Below, piece by piece: positions 33,601-39,509 of a stretch of 39,509 nucleotides of DNA (its first letter is position 1; the number at the start of each line of letters is the position of its first letter). The notes beneath the pieces were generated by a model. The model did no database searches and was not told the origin of the DNA. It worked only from the letters and a program-made list of their open reading frames with translations. Source of the stretch: Rhizaria sp. SCN 62-66 (taxonomy: Eukaryota); the NCBI GenBank assembly GCA_001724265.1, contig MEDY01000058.1, positions 62,001 to 101,509 on the forward strand, read 5' to 3'. Both the position numbers and the translations under genes were made by a program.

Positions 33601-36600
33601 CACTGTTACAGTTGGCGTAGGAAAATGCAACACTCGGGCACATTCCTGTTTGCAATTGTTGTCAGGACTTGAGCTATGATTGCAGTCGCGTTCAACGGTA
33701 GTGACATTGAAATTACCACAGCCCCAGCCCCAAGTTGGCGGCACGCTATGGCTAACTAGACTTAACTCCGATCGCTCTAAAGATGCAAGCGTAACAACAT
33801 CAACTGCATGTACATCTTGCCTCAGTGTGTTAGCTCCATAACGTAAGCTATCAACGCTGAATTCACTAGCGAGGTCTGGCAATATTGACTTGAGACGCAA
33901 GCTGGCGCTGCTAACGTTATCGTGCCTGTGACGCAGCATGCAGGGCGGCACAGCGGGTACGCGTGAAGGAATATAGAGTGCTACAAACCCCTCTAAGCTC
34001 TCAACACTTACATCACCTGCATCTGCACCAAGAATATTGCGTCCAATCCATGGTGTAGTTGGATACCGGAGTGGCAGCGGTGCACGTGGCATTAGTACAC
34101 TCTCGCACACAAAGTTCAGCCGTCCTCCTAGTGAGCGTGTACGCAGCCTATGCCCAAGGCCCGAAGTAAGCTGCGCAGTTAAGTCGGCTGCTGCGAGTAC
34201 CTCACGAGCAGCTGTCCCATTTAAAGCTGTTGATGCCGCGATATCTCGCGAGTTGCCGGCGTGATCTAAGTACTTCTTGGAGCGCCGCAAGTAATCAGAG
34301 CGCATCGCACGGGCTCGTTGTTGTAATAGCTCTGTCAACGCCATTTTAGCGTCAACAGAAGTAGAGTCATGGGGTACTGCTGTTGGTGTTAAAGGCGTTT
34401 TGAGCGTCGGAATCGGAGCCGCACCAAACGGACTCAACATTGTATCGCGCTCACTTGCCGCCACTGCCGCAAACTCAAGCATTTGCGTAAGCAAGCGCAC
34501 ACTTCGTTTCTCGTGTCCCTCTCGCAACTTAAGCCCCACTGCAGCAGCCACATCTGCTGGAAGCCCACTGGTGATTCGGCGTAACCGACTATCGTTGCTC
34601 CAATTGCTGTCAGTGCTGGGGTTATGCCGATCACTGTGTCGTGTGTTATTGTTGTATATAGCCGCCAGAGCAAATGCGGGTGCAACACTAGTATTAGAAG
34701 CTATGCTGCTCTCAACAAAATCGGTGTCGCGCAAGACAGGAGGACCGTGATCAACGTTGCTATAGTATCGACGTCGTGCGCGCTCAGCAGCATCCTCCAT
34801 TGTGCTCACGACCTCGTCGACAACGCGTGCAGTAGTTTTCTTATCATCAAAGATGCCATCGTCATTAAACGGCTCTATAATGGCAGTGCTCTCAATTGGA
34901 ACACTCGCACTGCCGTTGTTCAAAAATGTAGCAAGTGTTGGATTAGATCCGTAACTCGCATTTGTGCTGCCATCTATAATACGCAATGGGCGAGCTGTTG
35001 CCGCAGTCACGATTGAGGGGGGTGCTGCTTTTGCGATTTGTTGTAGCTGTAAGACAGCAGTTGCATACTTGCAAACAGCGTTGCGCAGTGTTACTCGCCT
35101 ATCACGACTGTAGCAGTGATTGCTCGACTCATTGATTTCATGATTGAGGTTAAAATTCTTATCTAACAGCATGACACAGTCGTCGGTGCGGTTGTCGACT
35201 CGATGCACAGCTGAGCTAGATAGGTTGCTCATGTGTCTATGCATGCACGCTTGGAGAAACTCATGCCGCTTCCGATGCCACTCCTGTATCACCTGATCGG
35301 CAAGAGCTGCCGCCTCCGTCGCTACTTCAACAGTTGAGGGATCCGTCTCCAAAGCCGCCCACAGAGCGCGCCGCAGCCTCAACTCGTTTTGCTCGCTCAT
35401 TGACGGACTACCCTGGTCTCCTTCTGCGCGACCGTAAGCAGCTGCAGAGGCCGCACGGCTATAGCTGTCGACAGAGTTGGGGCGGCCATGCGCAGTGACG
35501 GTTGGTGCGTCAGCACGTGGAGTATAAATAGGCGCTGTTGTGTACAAGTCAAGCACGGTCAAACCCGGAACTTCATCATCTAAATGGCTATAAGCGTCCC
35601 TTGAATTAGCGTCACCAGTAGAATTACTAGGAAATCGGTGGCTTTCGTCCCAAACGTGTGCGGTGGCGCGCGAAGGCTTAGTGACTGTAAGCGCAGTCAT
35701 TGCAACTTGGTTTCCGTTAATCAAACAGTACACGCGGCTTGTAAACTCCGGTAGCGGTGACTGCTGCAGTTTGCTTGTTGTTGCGACAGAGGCGGCCCAA
35801 TCAAGAGCTGAGCGATGACGTCCTCTGGTCGTGTCTTGTCGTTCTGATGAATACTTTGGAAGTGTGTTGGGTAACGCAATACGAATCATTGTGCCGGTTG
35901 GGAGCACAGCGCCGCTTGCTAGGGGATAGCTAACAGTCAGCGTAGCGCGCGATAGCGTCGTCGGGTCCTACAAGATAACGCATATCGCAAACCATACATT
36001 AGAATATGAATGACTAATAATATTGCTTCTGTTGTTGCAACATCGACATGCAGTGAGGTATCATCAGGAAGATAAGATATGTTGAAAATGTCGGCGATGT
36101 TTTGAGTTGACCACACTGCATCAACGTACCCCGAACGACAAACGTGCACTCGTCACGACTTCGGGGACAGGCATAAGCGCTGGTCCTCCAATCGTATTGC
36201 TATCATTTTCGCAAGCACCATGAGTGCTTGATACATTATTATGGACAGGAAACATACAATTAGTCGTGTTTGTGGATGTGTTTGCTGCGTGTCTCCTCTT
36301 GTTGCCCGCAGTCTTTCGCCAGTAGTAATCGTGTTCCTCAATCATAGGGACTGCGCTTGCTCCAACAACAACACCTTCAGCCGCCACAGCCGCCACGTAC
36401 GCCTATGAGCCAGCACCGGCAACACCCTTGAAGTCACGGAAACTGCGGCTGTCACTGCCACCGAAATCGCCACCCGCCCGGCCTCGGCCAAGGATGTACG
36501 TCACGAGAAACGGGCCGCATACGGTGCTAAACGGACTGCCTCGGTGCAAGGCGCGTGTTGGTGTGAGTAACATCAAGCCAGAGTTGCTGCGGCCAGTTGC

Positions 36601-38856
36601 ACTTGCAGAGCTTGTGTTGGCAAGTATATTTGCTGGACTGCGATTACTACTATGAATATCGTACATATCATCGAGACTGTCCAAGTACCTGAAGTCGCCT
36701 GTGCACTCAACTCGAGCAAAGCCATTTCGATTTTTTGTACTACTTACACCTCTTGGAACGCTCGCGTTTGTCATAGACACAACCGGGTAACTTGTTTCGG
36801 CTGTTGCAACCCATGGCACTGGGTACGGCACAGGGGCGAGACCATTGGGGAAAGAAACAGTCACTACACGTCCTGCAATAACACTTTCTGCCGTATCGTA
36901 CATGGACCTGTGGTCGTAGCTGGCGCCAGCGTCACTGTTGTTTGTGTCCTTGACTGTGATTGAGTGATGCGGCGGCAATAGCGGCACCGCAGTCGTGCCT
37001 GTAAGTGTGACCCAATATGGGCCGCCGACACGAAAGACGCCCCGTCCACAGGTTGACTCGTGATGTTCACTCTCGGTCATCGTATTGTCGCTATAATTGC
37101 CCGACAGCTCACCACTGTAACGGTTCGTGTTAAGACGATTGCATGACTGCGCGTGAGGGTGTGGACGGATAAGCAACACTGCATCATGTTTATCACCGCT
37201 ATCGTCGGCGTTATTGGTATCAAAACAGCCTGTGTGCTCATTTATAGAGCTTGTAGTTTTGCGGAGAAAAAGCGGTACATGTGTGTACGGCAGTGTCAGA
37301 ATCGGCGACTGAGAGTGCAATTGAATACGCTTTCGAACTTTCTTCTGACCTTCTCCCTCAGAAGCCGCGCTGATGTGGGTATGACTGCGACCACGAGCAG
37401 GCGTAGTGTATGTTGACCACGGACGTGCGCGCACATTGACCGCTTCCAAATGAGTACTTCCGGGTGCAGTATCATTTCTGATGCGTGGGCTGCCTGCCGT
37501 AAATCTCGACGCGGCGACGCGAGCAGCGGCGCGATCCGCAGCAGCGGCAACTGCAGCAGCCTCTTTAGGCGGCAACGGTAGTAGCGACGGCAGCTCAGTA
37601 TCCGCGTACGTGTCTGTCAAGAGCGGAGTTAACCGCGCTGTTCGTGGTAACGTCAACTCTGCTTTAGTCACATTGCTTCGGTCAGCGGCATTGCTGTGCG
37701 CACCGACGTGCACGTCGACGTTGTCATCTTCGCCGCGCCTACTCTCGATTGTGCTGGTGACCAGGACGGACATCTTCGGTGGCCTGGTACTTGCCGCTGC
37801 CATGATGAGTGTGTCAAGATTCAACCTCGAATTCCGATTTGTCGTAGTGCCGCTAGTTGCGTCGAGCATGTCACTGCTGTTAAAGTGTGTGTTTAACGTA
37901 TGATTACTGGCCGTGTTGTTCTTAGTAAGTGACTCCGCAAGTGCGCGTCGCGCGTTTGAAGCTATCGACAGGACGGCGCCCGCTGCGTACGCATCCCGCT
38001 CACTGTCTGCGTTAATAACGACATCGTCATGCGCCACGCCGTTGTCAACAGCGGACTCTGCATATCGACGATCTGAGGATGTGCTTCTGCGTGTGGCTCT
38101 CGCCGCTGCTGGCGCCAGTGTCCGCGCGAGCGCGGGACGGAAGAACGGTCCACAGGTGACCAGTAGTGAATACGGCAACAACTCGCGGCAGCGCAGCGAG
38201 AGCGGGGGACTGGGTGGCAGCGACAACGCAAACGCTGCTGTCGCGGCCTTGGCGGCGCGAGATGGCGAGGGGGCTGACAGTGGAGGCCCGGGGCGCAAGA
38301 TATCGGCGTCGTATGTGCCGTCAAGCACGTCTGCCTCAGAGGGGCTGCAGCAAGAAGTGTTCGCACAAGGCGGTGAATACGTAAGGATAAGATCCGTACT
38401 CGTGGTGTCGGGACGCGCTGGCCAGTAAGGTCCGCAAGAGAACGCTTCCCACTGCGTGGCAGCGTCATGGCTGTTTCGGTGATGACTTGAGCTCGTGTTG
38501 TCAATACTGCTGGTATTGGTGTGAGATGGATGATCGCGAGGTGGAATTAGGTCAAACGCTAAGTTTTGCAACGTAAGACTGAGCGTGTCCCCGGGAGTCA
38601 ATGCAGCAAGGCGAAACGTGAAGGACAGGTAAAGCGCGTCTTCTGCGTTTGTCACGTTAGTGCGATCTCTTGATGAACCTGCTGCTGAAGGGTTGCCAGC
38701 GAGCATATGTGGGACGGACGTGAGACCAGCATGAAATGTACGTTCATATTCGCAACTCTGCGAAAACACAGTAGGGCCAAGAAACGAAAATGCCGCGATG
38801 TGCTCGAGAGCGAAGAGCAAAAAAGAGAGGAAGGCGAGCCACTGTGGGCAAGGCAT
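30700..38856 (-). CDS. Very large putatively secreted orphan protein (~2664 aa), 2 exons: 38856-36130, 35967-30700; two in-frame TAGs (36403-36405, 32185-32187)
   Basis: Track ORFs 36403..38856, 36121..36396, 32185..35907 and 30700..32088 join into one reading frame across two TAGs and one GT-AG intron. Signal-peptide-like MPCPQWLAFLSFLLFALEHIAAF; ends TAA. No family recognised, and the 3' end could be further spliced. Confidence 0.68.
35968..36129 (-). other. Spliceosomal intron, phase 0 (giant orphan gene)
   Basis: GGG|gtacgt ... tcttgtag|GAC; AT-rich; removes the in-frame TGA at 36121-36123. Confidence 0.78.
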
Positions 38857-39471
38857 CTTAAAGGAGTACCTGGTCGTGTGCCTAAATCACGACTCTATAG
38901 CCTATAAATAAAAAAATCAACATAATTCAAGTTGATTTATGTTACGAAATTAGACTGGTTTTCAAAATCGACGACTTAGTACATCGCACTCGCTCTCCTA
39001 AACTTTCGGAGAGGAGGATGCGCAACTTGAAGAGATCTACTAGTCCCACCACAGCCGGATTCGAAGAAGCGTTGAAATGTTGTTACATTATGAAGTTGGT
39101 TGTATTGAGAGCATATGCATCGTTTTATCATCTAGGACAATGAAGTCCGTCTTGTACTTTCGCGAGCGAGGTGTGGTAACAAAAATTGTCACTTGTCACG
39201 CGGAAGAGTAAAAAATAGACGGATGGGGAACAGAAAAGGATACAAACAGACAAGCAGGAACGCTACAGTCCGCACCTTCGACGGATTCATGATGACGGAT
39301 ATCAGTGAAAAAAGACGATGAATATGTGAACGTGATACTAAGAGATAAGGAAAACACGGACAAGTGCGGTCTAACATTCTCGCTCCGCATATTGACAGTG
39401 CGCAATATAGAGTAGTATATATTTAAGCGGACTATAACTCACACGAACAAAAATGAACTATCGCATAAGTC

Positions 39472-39504
39472 ATCATAACTCAGTCACGATCATAACTCAG
39501 TCAC
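39472..39504 (+). repeat. Short tandem duplication ATCATAACTCAGTCAC x2 (17-nt period)
   Basis: Direct read at the window end. Confidence 0.7.
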
Positions 39505-39509
39505 TGAGG

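Noticed and set aside
8959-36405. The TAG-containing genes as ordinary pseudogenes
   Set aside because: All seven interruptions are the same codon, there are no frameshifts or TAA/TGA across many kb, and catalytic motifs and splice sites are intact. Not formally excluded without expression data.
8959-36405. Pyrrolysine or selenocysteine recoding
   Set aside because: Sec uses UGA. Pyl is known from archaea and bacteria, no pyl genes are present here, and the TAGs are not at catalytic positions.
39189-39405. Short minus-strand ORFs as an upstream exon of the giant gene
   Set aside because: No convincing in-frame acceptor before ATG 38856, which already starts a signal peptide.

Overview
Gene-dense nuclear DNA from a eukaryote, probably a protist; the taxon cannot be determined from this window. 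Exons are GC-rich, spacers and GT-AG introns AT-rich. Eleven protein genes can be reconstructed: a TGL/SDP1-type patatin lipase, two paralogous ARM-like + degenerate cyclophilin-like proteins (plus a frameshifted third copy), mitochondrial acyl carrier protein, a small TM/coiled-coil protein, VMP1, an N-acylated atypical Rab/Ras-like GTPase, a NUFIP1/Rsa1-like protein, an ankyrin protein, a 4-exon ADAM metalloprotease and a ~2660-aa secreted orphan. There is also one tRNA-Ser(AGA). The main signal is a non-standard genetic code or systematic recoding. Seven in-frame TAG codons (8959, 10417, 20859, 29391, 29460, 32185, 36403) interrupt four otherwise intact genes, some inside homology-supported regions. 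No in-frame TAA or TGA remains in these exons, and all 11 genes end in TAA or TGA. UAG is therefore most likely a sense codon, uncoupled from UAA. Leu versus Gln cannot be settled from this window.
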